From contig OY763927.2 of NCBI GenBank assembly GCA_963667665.2, forward strand, positions 1,184,001-1,248,000: a stretch of DNA of 64,000 nucleotides, written 5' to 3'. Numbering within the stretch: position 1 is the stretch's first letter; the number at the start of each line of letters is the position of its first letter. This document shows positions 9,737 to 18,141 of this stretch, one piece after another. A program made the position numbers and the translations under genes. Origin of the DNA: Nitrosopumilus sp. (GTDB lineage: Archaea; Thermoproteota; Nitrososphaeria; Nitrososphaerales; Nitrosopumilaceae). Below the pieces are notes generated by a model that did no database searches, was not told the origin of the DNA, and saw only the letters and a list, made by a program, of their open reading frames with translations.

Positions 9737-12700
9737 TAGATTTTCTCCTTGATTAGTAATCGTGGTGCAATGTTAAGACTCTGCATTTCTTGTAAGAGTA
9801 GTTTGAATGCATATGCTACAGATACTGATGATACTTTGGCTTTATCACCACAAACTCTGCAGACATATTTTCTTTGTTTTACATCATGATAAGCTACCAA
9901 ACCACATCTTTCACATACAAAGATATCAGATTTATCAGATTCATCAAGTAATCTATCTTTTAGAATCATTGATGCACCATAAGCAATCAAACAATCTCTT
10001 TCCATTTCACCAAATCTTAATCCACCACCTCTTGCTCTTCCTTCTGTTGGTTGTTTGGTTAACATCTGTACTTGTCCACGTGCTCTTGCATGGATTTTAT
10101 CTGCAACCATGTGATGAAGTTTTTGATAATATACAACTCCAATAAAGACATCAACGGGGAATGATTTTCCAGTTCGACCGTCATACATTATTTCCTTACC
10201 AGAATATTTGAAATTGTGTGCATCCATTACTTCTTTAACTTCATCCATTTTTTCTCCAACAAATGCAGAACCATCAAATCGTTTTCCACGAAATGCTGCA
10301 GCCTTTCCACAAATTGATTCCATCATCATTCCAACTGTCATTCTTGATGGGAATGCATGAGGATTAATCAAAACATCAGGAGACATTCCTTCTTTTGTAT
10401 ATGGTAAATCTTCTGCTTTAGCTAAAATTCCCATTACGCCCTTTTGTCCGTGTCTTGATGCAAACTTGTCACCAATCTCTGGAATTCTCATATCTCTTGC
10501 TCTAATTTTATACATTTTTCCGCCTTCGTTTGATTGAGTCATAACAACAGTATCTACAACTCCAGTTTCAGAAGGTCTTACACCAATAGAAGTATCACGT
10601 CTGTAGGGACCAGTTGATTCAAACTCTCTATATTCTTCCATAAATCGTGGAGGACTAGTTTTTCCAATCAAAATATCTCCTCCTTTAATTGGAGATTCTG
10701 ATGCAACTACACCATCTTCTTCTAGTAATCTGTATGCGCGCTCTCCTTTGTAGCCTCGAATGTTATCTTCAGCATTTGGAATCTCAAAGCTATCACGCAT
10801 TCCACCTGGGTATTGTTTTGCTTCAGCATCGTATATTCTAAAGAAGAAACTTCTTCCTAATCCTCTATCAACTGATGCTTGACTAAGTACAATTGCATCT
10901 TCAATATTGTAACCATCAAATGGCAATACTGCAACAATACAATTTTGACCTGCTGGTCTGTCTTCTAGTCCTAAAAGCTTCATTGCTTTAGTATTAACAA
11001 TTGGGACTTGGGGATATAACATAAAGTGTTGTCTAACATATGTACTAGTATTCATCATTGGTGTAGAGAATCCTAAACTTTGTTTTGCCATTGCAGATTC
11101 GTATGTATTTCTTGGAGATTGGTTGTGTTCAGGATATGGAATTATTGAAGCACCAGCACCAAGGATTGCTGGGGGGAATACTTCAAGGTGAGTACGCTTT
11201 TTTGTATCTTTGTCATCTAAAGTAACATAACAATTTTCTTCTTCATTTGCATCAATCATTTCCAAAACACCCATTCTCAAAAGATCAGTCCAAGAAAGTA
11301 ATTTCTTTGAAATTTTATCCAATAGATCTTGTGTTAACAATGATTTGTTATCTTTGATAATAATTAATGGTCGTAAGACACGTCCTGCATTACAATTCAC
11401 ATAAAGTCTTCTTGTTGAACCTTCAATGTCAGATTTATGAAATGAAATTCCAACATGAGGATGAATCTTTGAGTTTCGTCTAAGGTCTCTAAGTAATTCT
11501 GCTAGTTCTCCACCATCTTTGAAATATCCAATTAAGCGACCGTCAACAAATATTCTGGTTCCATCTTTTTTCAAATCTTCTTTTGCATCAAAGAAATGTA
11601 CGGTTCCAAGATCATAGAGTTTTTCCACAATTTCTTCAGAGGGAACATTAACTGAGATAATTCCAGATAGTGCCAAATTTTTTACTAAACCACAATTCGA
11701 GCCTTCTGGAGTTTCACTTGGACAAATTCGTCCAAAGTGAGTTGCATGCAAGTCTCTTGCTTGAAAGTTTGGCTGAGTTCTACTAAGTGGAGATTGAATT
11801 CTTCTAAGATGACTAATAGTTGAAAGATAATTGGTTCTATCAAGTAATTGAGTAACACCAACACGTCCACGTCCCCAGTTTCCAGTTGCAATAGCATTGT
11901 TTAGTTTATCAGTAATTATTCCTGGACGAATTGCTGCAGCCACTGCATTAATTCCACGTTTTTGGCCTGATCTTTCTAATTGATATTTCATATCTCTAAC
12001 AAGATTTCTAAATGCAGTTCTAAACAGGTCTGCTAACATTTGACCTGCAAATTTTATGACTTTGTTTCCATAGTGATCTTTATCATCAGATGTAATCCAT
12101 CCAAGTTTTAATTCTAATAGTTTACAAGCTGCTTCTCCTAAGAATTGGGCTTTTTCTTTTCTGTTTTCAGGATGCTTACCCAAGTGTGGTAACAATCCCC
12201 AATCCAGTAAAGTCTCTGCGCGTTTTATCTGGAATTCTTCTAACATTCCAGGTGCAATTCTTTTACTGATGTAAACAATTGCATCTTTTGATGTTGCAAC
12301 ATCAGCTGCTTTTTCAAATGAACCTTCTAATTCATCTTGCAAGTCATCTACCAATGAAACCACTCCAGCAATCTCTCTATCAGATTCTAATCCAAGTGCT
12401 CTCATCAATATTACAACTGGAATATCAACTGGGGAGCCAGGAATTCTAGCGACAATTAGTCCATCATTTTTCATTACAAGTTCTAATTTTGCGCGATAAC
12501 CAACAATTGAAGAATAGACTTTGGCTTTGAAAACAATATTTCCACCAACAGTTTCTCTATCAACAATAATTTTATTGTAAGAAAGATCTTCTAATCCTAC
12601 AATGACTCGTTCAGAACCATTGATGATAAAGTAACCACCAGGATCATTTGGATCTTCACCATGTTCAATTAATTTTTGAGTAGAAAAGTTATGTAAGATA

Positions 12701-13083
12701 CATGCATTTGATTTTGCCATAACTGGAACATCGCCGATATGAACAAATCTAGATTCCAAAATTTTTCCATCTTCTACAACACTTGCCTCCATCATTACAG
12801 GTGCAGAGTATGAAACATTTCTTAGTCTTGCTTCAGCAGGGGTGATATGAGTAATAGAACCGTCAAGTTCCATCATTCGTGGTTGTTGAAGTTTAACTTT
12901 ACCTAGTTGAATTTTGTAAGGATATTCAGCGTTTTCAATATCTATTTGGCTGACTTCATTGATAATGCTTTGAAGACCTCTTTCTAAAAATTCATCAAAG
13001 GAGTTGAGATGTTGACGTGCAATACCTTCACGTTTTAGAATATCTTGAATTACAGGCCAGCGTTTGTTAGAAGGATGAACCAT
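9736..13083 (-). CDS. rpoB: DNA-directed RNA polymerase subunit B (Rpo2)
   Basis: GDKFASRHGQKG, GGLRFGEMERD, C-terminal Zn ribbon. Confidence 0.98.
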   Translation of the reverse strand: MVHPSNKRWPVIQDILKREGIARQHLNSFDEFLERGLQSIINEVSQIDIENAEYPYKIQLGKVKLQQPRMMELDGSITHITPAEARLRNVSYSAPVMMEASVVEDGKILESRFVHIGDVPVMAKSNACILHNFSTQKLIEHGEDPNDPGGYFIINGSERVIVGLEDLSYNKIIVDRETVGGNIVFKAKVYSSIVGYRAKLELVMKNDGLIVARIPGSPVDIPVVILMRALGLESDREIAGVVSLVDDLQDELEGSFEKAADVATSKDAIVYISKRIAPGMLEEFQIKRAETLLDWGLLPHLGKHPENRKEKAQFLGEAACKLLELKLGWITSDDKDHYGNKVIKFAGQMLADLFRTAFRNLVRDMKYQLERSGQKRGINAVAAAIRPGIITDKLNNAIATGNWGRGRVGVTQLLDRTNYLSTISHLRRIQSPLSRTQPNFQARDLHATHFGRICPSETPEGSNCGLVKNLALSGIISVNVPSEEIVEKLYDLGTVHFFDAKEDLKKDGTRIFVDGRLIGYFKDGGELAELLRDLRRNSKIHPHVGISFHKSDIEGSTRRLYVNCNAGRVLRPLIIIKDNKSLLTQDLLDKISKKLLSWTDLLRMGVLEMIDANEEENCYVTLDDKDTKKRTHLEVFPPAILGAGASIIPYPEHNQSPRNTYESAMAKQSLGFSTPMMNTSTYVRQHFMLYPQVPIVNTKAMKLLGLEDRPAGQNCIVAVLPFDGYNIEDAIVLSQASVDRGLGRSFFFRIYDAEAKQYPGGMRDSFEIPNAEDNIRGYKGERAYRLLEEDGVVASESPIKGGDILIGKTSPPRFMEEYREFESTGPYRRDTSIGVRPSETGVVDTVVMTQSNEGGKMYKIRARDMRIPEIGDKFASRHGQKGVMGILAKAEDLPYTKEGMSPDVLINPHAFPSRMTVGMMMESICGKAAAFRGKRFDGSAFVGEKMDEVKEVMDAHNFKYSGKEIMYDGRTGKSFPVDVFIGVVYYQKLHHMVADKIHARARGQVQMLTKQPTEGRARGGGLRFGEMERDCLIAYGASMILKDRLLDESDKSDIFVCERCGLVAYHDVKQRKYVCRVCGDKAKVSSVSVAYAFKLLLQEMQSLNIAPRLLIKEKI

Positions 13084-13334
13084 TATACTTCCACCACATA
13101 TCGGTAATAGAGACTCGTACCAGCAGTTGGGCTTTTTCGGGTAATCTTTATCAAATCACCTGGTTTTACACCAAGTCCCAAAATTGCAGGATCAGTTACA
13201 AAAATTAATGGTAATTCAGTTGGGTTACAATTGTATTTTTCTAAAACTTGCTCAGCTTCTTGTTTTGAAATAATTTCATGTTTTGGAACATAGATATGAT
13301 CAGGAACTAGAACTTGATTTTTCTTAGTTGCCAT
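13083..13334 (-). CDS. rpoH: DNA-directed RNA polymerase subunit H (Rpo5)
   Basis: HIYVPKHEII...LPLIFVTDPA...GDLIKITRKSPTAG...YYRYVV. Confidence 0.97.
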   Translation of the reverse strand: MATKKNQVLVPDHIYVPKHEIISKQEAEQVLEKYNCNPTELPLIFVTDPAILGLGVKPGDLIKITRKSPTAGTSLYYRYVVEV

Positions 13335-13510
13335 CTATAAGACCTCCATTAGAACATTAAATGTAATAGTAAAGAATACACACAAACTGTAAAAAATTCC
13401 GTTCAGGTTAATATATATCTAATCTGAAATTCGTCGCAACAAGTGTTTTTTCTTATTTGTCAATAAATTTTTTCACAACCTTAAATAGTGTAAATTTAGG
13501 CGTAGAATTG

Positions 13511-14347
13511 ATGAAAGCTTATCTATCGGTGTTTGCCCTATCTGCAATTTTAATTGCAAGTATTGGTATGGCACCAGCATTTGGACAAAGCTCACTTGTA
13601 GTAACTACAGACAAAGCATCCTATTCAGAAGGTGATACTGTAGAAATTACAGGAGAAGTTGCTCAACTTCTAGGAGGATATGCCTTATCTGTCAGAGTGA
13701 TAGCACCAAATGGAAATATTGTTTCCATTGAACAGCTCACAGTTGGTGCAGATAAAAAATTCAGTTTTAGTACAACTGCAGGCGGCCCACTATGGAAGAG
13801 TGGAGGAACTTATACAGTTCTAGTCCAATATGGAGACAACAAAAATAATTCAGGAACAACATCATTTGAATTTGGTGGTTCTACAACGACACCACCAACT
13901 GAAGTAGAAGGATCAGTGTTAACTGATACAACTGTTTCAGTTTCAGGTTCTAGTGATTTGATAGGATATGAGATTACAGGTGGAAAACTACTAGGCATCG
14001 TAACTGATTTTGATGCAAATTCACTGATCATATCTATTCAAGCTGATGAGGATGGCACATTAATCCTTACAATACCTAGATCGGTGTTAGATGCAACAAT
14101 TAATGGTGAAGATGATGACTTCTTTATCTTAATTGATGGAGAAGAAGTAGACTTTGATGAAACAACCACATCAACAGACAGAACACTTACCATAGCATTT
14201 CCAGCAGGTGCTGAAGAGATCGAGATAATCGGTACCTTTGTGATTCCAGAATTTGGTACAATTGCAGTCATGATTCTAGCAGTAGCAATTATCTCAATAA
14301 TTGCAGTATCTGCAAAGTCAAGACTTAGTATTATGCCAAGATACTAA
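13511..14347 (+). CDS. PEFG-CTERM sorting-domain surface protein (copy 1)
   Basis: Signal peptide MKAYLSVFALSAIL; C-terminal VIPEFGTIAVMILAVAIISIIAVSAKSRL; start set at ATG 13511. Confidence 0.9.
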   Translation: MKAYLSVFALSAILIASIGMAPAFGQSSLVVTTDKASYSEGDTVEITGEVAQLLGGYALSVRVIAPNGNIVSIEQLTVGADKKFSFSTTAGGPLWKSGGTYTVLVQYGDNKNNSGTTSFEFGGSTTTPPTEVEGSVLTDTTVSVSGSSDLIGYEITGGKLLGIVTDFDANSLIISIQADEDGTLILTIPRSVLDATINGEDDDFFILIDGEEVDFDETTTSTDRTLTIAFPAGAEEIEIIGTFVIPEFGTIAVMILAVAIISIIAVSAKSRLSIMPRY

Positions 14348-14364
14348 AATTCATCTTTTTTTCT

Positions 14365-14372
14365 CTTTTTAA
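14365..14372 (+). repeat. left target-site duplication CTTTTTAA
   Basis: Identical 8-mer at 18200-18207; the paralogous empty spacer has a single copy at 19103-19110. Confidence 0.85.
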
Positions 14373-14430
14373 GATTCTGGGTAATCTGAGGGGTTTGTTT
14401 TGAATAATTCTCCGTGTTTACTTTCGGGTG
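14373..14430 (+). repeat. left terminal inverted repeat
   Basis: GATTCTGGGTAATCTGAGGGGTTTGTTTTG... matches the reverse complement of 18142-18199 at 44/58 ungapped positions (manual count). Confidence 0.88.
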
Positions 14431-14493
14431 TTTGTTAAGTATAGAATCTAAGTCTTGAAAAGATAAATTGAATATATCATATTCTCATAATAC

Positions 14494-14712
14494 ATGAGAT
14501 CGATTTATACTATAATTCAATATGTCTGTGTAGATGATTTCATCGATTATTCTTTTTGGGGGCTTGTCGTAGGACTTGTCACTCTTGCTGGCGGAACTGG
14601 TTTAGCATTATATTTGTATTTTAGAACAAAGAAAGATATTGATGCTATTGGCTTACATGATGATGTTATTGTAAGTAGACTAAGTTCGGCAGGCATAGAG
14701 ATTACGGATTGA
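14494..14712 (+). CDS. small single-TM hypothetical protein (transposon passenger)
   Basis: Hydrophobic stretch FWGLVVGLVTLAGGTGLALYLYF followed by RTKK; start uncertain. Confidence 0.5.
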   Translation: MRSIYTIIQYVCVDDFIDYSFWGLVVGLVTLAGGTGLALYLYFRTKKDIDAIGLHDDVIVSRLSSAGIEITD

Positions 14713-14753
14713 ACAAATAAATTCATAAATATAGGAATTTTTGAATATTATGT

Positions 14754-14897
14754 ATGTCTGAAACCACAATTAAGAAATCGACATTATCTAATCCAGATAA
14801 TGAAATAGAAGTTACAACAACTTTTCAAACAAAAACAACAATTGTTAATAATAATACTGAATATGACAAGGTAGATGACGACAAAGAAGAATATTGA
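14754..14897 (+). CDS. putative 47-aa acidic micro-ORF (transposon passenger)
   Basis: Manual translation MSETTIKKSTLSNPDNEIEVTTTFQTKTTIVNNNTEYDKVDDDKEEY; AT-rich TATA-like tract upstream; overlaps the start of the next gene. Confidence 0.35.
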   Translation: MSETTIKKSTLSNPDNEIEVTTTFQTKTTIVNNNTEYDKVDDDKEEY

Positions 14898-15312
14898 TTT
14901 TGAAGTTATAAAAGAAAGGTGGGGTAAATACACCTTAAATGATGGCTCAGTTTTAAAAATTAGATTTATTTTAACAAACATAAAAACATGGAATGAAAAC
15001 GGAGAGAAAAAATACACTGCAAATAATCAAGTCATTCAAACAATTCTTTCTGCTGAACATCTAATTGGAGAACCAGCAAAGGCTACATTTACACCCGAAG
15101 TATTACAAAAAAATATAGAAAAAGATGATTTATCATATGAGCAGTTAGAAACCCCAGTTAATGAATACATTTTAGATGATGGAACAAAACTCAAACTTTT
15201 CCCTCAAGTAATAAGAGTCGATAGATCTTCATTAAAAAATAAACTTGGTGAACCTATCTATATGGTAACTACCAATGTAACAATTAATTATAATTTACCT
15301 AAAACATCATAG
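14875..15312 (+). CDS. hypothetical protein with internal duplication (transposon passenger)
   Basis: Two related halves: ERWGKYTLNDGSVLKI and TPVNEYILDDGTKLKL. Confidence 0.75.
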   Translation: MTTKKNIDFEVIKERWGKYTLNDGSVLKIRFILTNIKTWNENGEKKYTANNQVIQTILSAEHLIGEPAKATFTPEVLQKNIEKDDLSYEQLETPVNEYILDDGTKLKLFPQVIRVDRSSLKNKLGEPIYMVTTNVTINYNLPKTS

Positions 15313-15336
15313 ATGAATCCTATGATCTATGTGATT

Positions 15337-16449
15337 TTATTTTTTACTGGAATTTTGAATTAAGGTTATCCATTTGTTTTTTCCATTAATTTTAATTCCT
15401 GCCCTATCTGCTGGAGTATCATTATTCAATCCCATGTGGGAACGGATGTAATTATGATGAATCTGCATACCTGTAATAATTGGAGAGTCATCTTTTTTCA
15501 ATCCTCTCATGACCTTTTCCCTGTCTCTAAGTTCTCCGTTAAGTCTCTCCATTTTGTTGTTGTTCATATCTCCCTTAAAGTGAACATGACGAATGTGGAT
15601 TGATTGATCTATTTTGTATCTTGAATACCATTCCTTTTTGTGGGCTTGCTGAAAGTTTCTAGCACCGTCTGAAATGAGTACTTTGGGTTTCTTTCCTGCA
15701 ACTTTTACACTTTCCTTAAACATTGGTCTTACATCCTCAGTGTACTTTGTATTTGAAACCTGTTTTGCAATCCAGAATCTAGTTTCATCATCCATCATTA
15801 CATAGAGATATTTTCTATCCCCTTTAATTTTGAGATATAGTTCGTCAGTTCTCCACTTGTCTGAAACTTGTGGTGTAATTTTTTCAAGATATTTCTCCAT
15901 AAGATTTGTATATTTTCTAATCCAATTCCATACTGTTTTGTGAGTTACTTTGACTCCTTGCAACTCTAAGAATCTCTGAGTATTCCTTAATGACTCTCCT
16001 GTAAAGTATAGTTGTAATGCAGATGTTATCATTTGAGGACTTGCTTTCATTTTCTCAAAGCCCAGATTGATTGAGAATTTCTTCTCACAGTTCTTGCATT
16101 TGAATCTCTGAATATCATAGTTTTTGTTGTGTCTAACTCCATCTTTTTTGAGATTAACAGATTCACAATTAGGGCAGGATTGATTATTAATTTCATTTAT
16201 GGTAACTTGTTGTTTTACTATCTCTCTAATTTCAAGTGAAACCTCTACTGCATGGATGTGTTTGCAACAAATTTGTCTGAATGTGTGATCAGGACAGGAA
16301 CATTCCCATCCTTGTTCAGTTGAGATAACGTCATAGTATTTGTTTTGTGATTGTGATTTTACTAGGTAGTAATGACTATCAATTCTCTTGATCTGGTCTT
16401 GTTTTTCTGCAATCTTTTTTCCTCTTTGTTGTCTTGGGTTTGGTTTCAT
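15337..16449 (-). CDS. IS6-family-like DDE transposase with N-terminal SWIM finger and Zn ribbon
   Basis: SWIM CSCPDH...CKH; CPNC...FKCKNC; HTH GESLRNTQRFL...VTHKTVWNWI; catalytic WRTDE, LISDG and NNKMER; start set at ATG 16449. Confidence 0.9.
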   Translation of the reverse strand: MKPNPRQQRGKKIAEKQDQIKRIDSHYYLVKSQSQNKYYDVISTEQGWECSCPDHTFRQICCKHIHAVEVSLEIREIVKQQVTINEINNQSCPNCESVNLKKDGVRHNKNYDIQRFKCKNCEKKFSINLGFEKMKASPQMITSALQLYFTGESLRNTQRFLELQGVKVTHKTVWNWIRKYTNLMEKYLEKITPQVSDKWRTDELYLKIKGDRKYLYVMMDDETRFWIAKQVSNTKYTEDVRPMFKESVKVAGKKPKVLISDGARNFQQAHKKEWYSRYKIDQSIHIRHVHFKGDMNNNKMERLNGELRDREKVMRGLKKDDSPIITGMQIHHNYIRSHMGLNNDTPADRAGIKINGKNKWITLIQNSSKK

Positions 16450-16459
16450 GTTGTTATAG

Positions 16460-16473
16460 TTATGGTACCATAA
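16460..16473. promoter_or_regulatory. perfect 14-bp palindrome TTATGGTACCATAA in the divergent transposase/AbrB promoter
   Basis: Self-complementary and abuts a TATA-like TTTAAAA in a ~55-bp divergent spacer. Confidence 0.55.
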
Positions 16474-16504
16474 TTTAAAATACATGAACTATCCTAAACA
16501 AATT

Positions 16505-16912
16505 ATGAAACTACAAAAAGTTCATGCGTACAACTATGGGGATAAAGCCCACCACAAGTATGTGATAACCTTGCCTGAGGAATTGATTGGTGAATTAAAG
16601 TGGGAACATGGTAGTGAATTAGAAGTTAAAAAACTTAAAGATAAAATTCAAATTTCATTTGTTTCAAAACCCGTCAAAAATCCGAAACCTAAGAACATAA
16701 AACCAAAGATGCCATATAGTGAATTTAGAGAAAAAATCCAAAATGCTTTGGAGTATAGAGATGATGGGGCTACATGGACTGAATTACGAGATCAATTAGA
16801 ATTAGAGCAAGTCGTACCTAATAACAAATGGGTTAGACAATTAGAGAAAGACATCGGACTAAAACGAATTAGAGACATGAAAGGAGTTGTGTGGCGAATT
16901 AGTCATGTCTAA
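16505..16912 (+). CDS. AbrB/MazE-like DNA-binding protein with a C-terminal winged-helix-like domain
   Basis: KYVITLPEELIGELKWEHGSELEV is an AbrB-type signature; C-terminal GATWTELRDQL...WVRQLE is helix-turn-helix-like; start is 16484 or 16505. Confidence 0.65.
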   Translation: MKLQKVHAYNYGDKAHHKYVITLPEELIGELKWEHGSELEVKKLKDKIQISFVSKPVKNPKPKNIKPKMPYSEFREKIQNALEYRDDGATWTELRDQLELEQVVPNNKWVRQLEKDIGLKRIRDMKGVVWRISHV

Positions 16913-17683
16913 GGGATTAAAGGCGTTTGATGATGTTAAAGTAGAAACAACAGTTGAGAAAAAATATTTTGAAGATCTTATTGTTTTAGGTAATGCTGTA
17001 CCTGATGAAATTAGTGACAATAGAAAAACTGTTTGCACAGTAGCGTTTTCAAAAGAACATGGACTGATTAGAATTTATCCAGTACCGCCATACTCTCCAA
17101 TGAAAAGGTGGAATGTAGTTTCTTTGCCCTTAGAAAGAAATACAAAAGATAGTAGAGATGAAAGTTGGAAAATTCAAGGCTCAAAAACAGAATGGGAGAC
17201 ATTATCAGATAAAATAATAGTAAAGCGAAAATTATCAAGAAAAGAGTGGGTAGAACTAATTACATATTTGAAAGAAAATCATAGTTATGGTTGTATCGAA
17301 GATATTAATGATAAAAAATTGAGTTTAGGAATAATTGTCCCAAAAATTATTGATAAGAATTTAGAAAAAATGTGGATTCTACTGTTCAAACCACATTAGT
17401 GAATGATGACTTATTCATGACAATTCAAAATTATGGAGTTCGTCCAGTTATTACATATAGTTGTCCCCATTGTAGAACTAAAAAACAACAACACAAACAG
17501 GGCGTGTTGGAATGGGGAGTGTATGAGTGGTTACGTTATAATCCTGTTGAAAAAGTTCAAGATCAAGTTTGGGATAATCTACACATTGATGAATCAGGGT
17601 ATGACCAAACGTTTCTTGTTGGCAATATGAATCTCCATAGGAGTAGATTTTTGATTATTAGTATTTTCAGGTACAAACTTTGA
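16905..17683 (+). pseudogene. frameshifted conserved hypothetical gene (DUF488-associated); joins ORFs 16887-17399 and 17372-17683
   Basis: Adding one A to the A6 run at 17365-17370 gives LEKNVDSTVQ and one continuous protein (TVCTV...LIRIYPVP...DSRDES...SLGII...EWGVYEW...FLVGNM...FLIISIFRY). Confidence 0.65.
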
Positions 17684-18040
17684 TTGTAACAATCTAGGAT
17701 CTTCAACCAACTCTCTAACCATGTGTCTGTGACAAGGGCAGCCATCTTTTTCATAACAAAGTAATGTAATGTCTTGCATGTTGCTTCTAGCTTGTAATGC
17801 ATGAATTGCTTCAACACTATCCATATTGTCTCTTAACTCAGACAATAGGGTTATTTTAAAATCATCCCAATCTACTTCAGTATTTTTGTATCGTTTTAGT
17901 AATTCTGCACTTGAGGCTAACTCTCGTACCCAAATATCATATTTTTCTCGTTTAACTCCCCTAGGATACCATCTAGTAATCAAAACTCGAAGTCCATCTT
18001 CTTCTTCGATTGGTTTGTAAATGGACTTTGTCTTAATCAC
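17594..18040 (-). CDS. DUF488/YeaO-family protein
   Basis: KSIY...DGLRVLITRWYPRGVKRE...WVRELASSAEL and ITLLCYEK...CHRH motifs. Confidence 0.85.
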   Translation of the reverse strand: MIKTKSIYKPIEEEDGLRVLITRWYPRGVKREKYDIWVRELASSAELLKRYKNTEVDWDDFKITLLSELRDNMDSVEAIHALQARSNMQDITLLCYEKDGCPCHRHMVRELVEDPRLLQSKFVPENTNNQKSTPMEIHIANKKRLVIP

Positions 18041-18049
18041 GGCTGTTCG

Positions 18050-18108
18050 CCTTTATCCTTGCACAAAATATAATTCATGATCCGATGTTGAAAAGCAAGG
18101 ATCAAAGG
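18050..18108. promoter_or_regulatory. inverted repeat bracketing the DUF488 promoter
   Basis: CCTTTATCCTTGC (18050-18062) pairs with GCAAGGATCAAAGG (18095-18108) with one bulge; the spacer holds a TATA-like tract. Confidence 0.5.
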
Positions 18109-18141
18109 AGAGAGATCGAGAAAAGTTGACTTTTTACTTAG

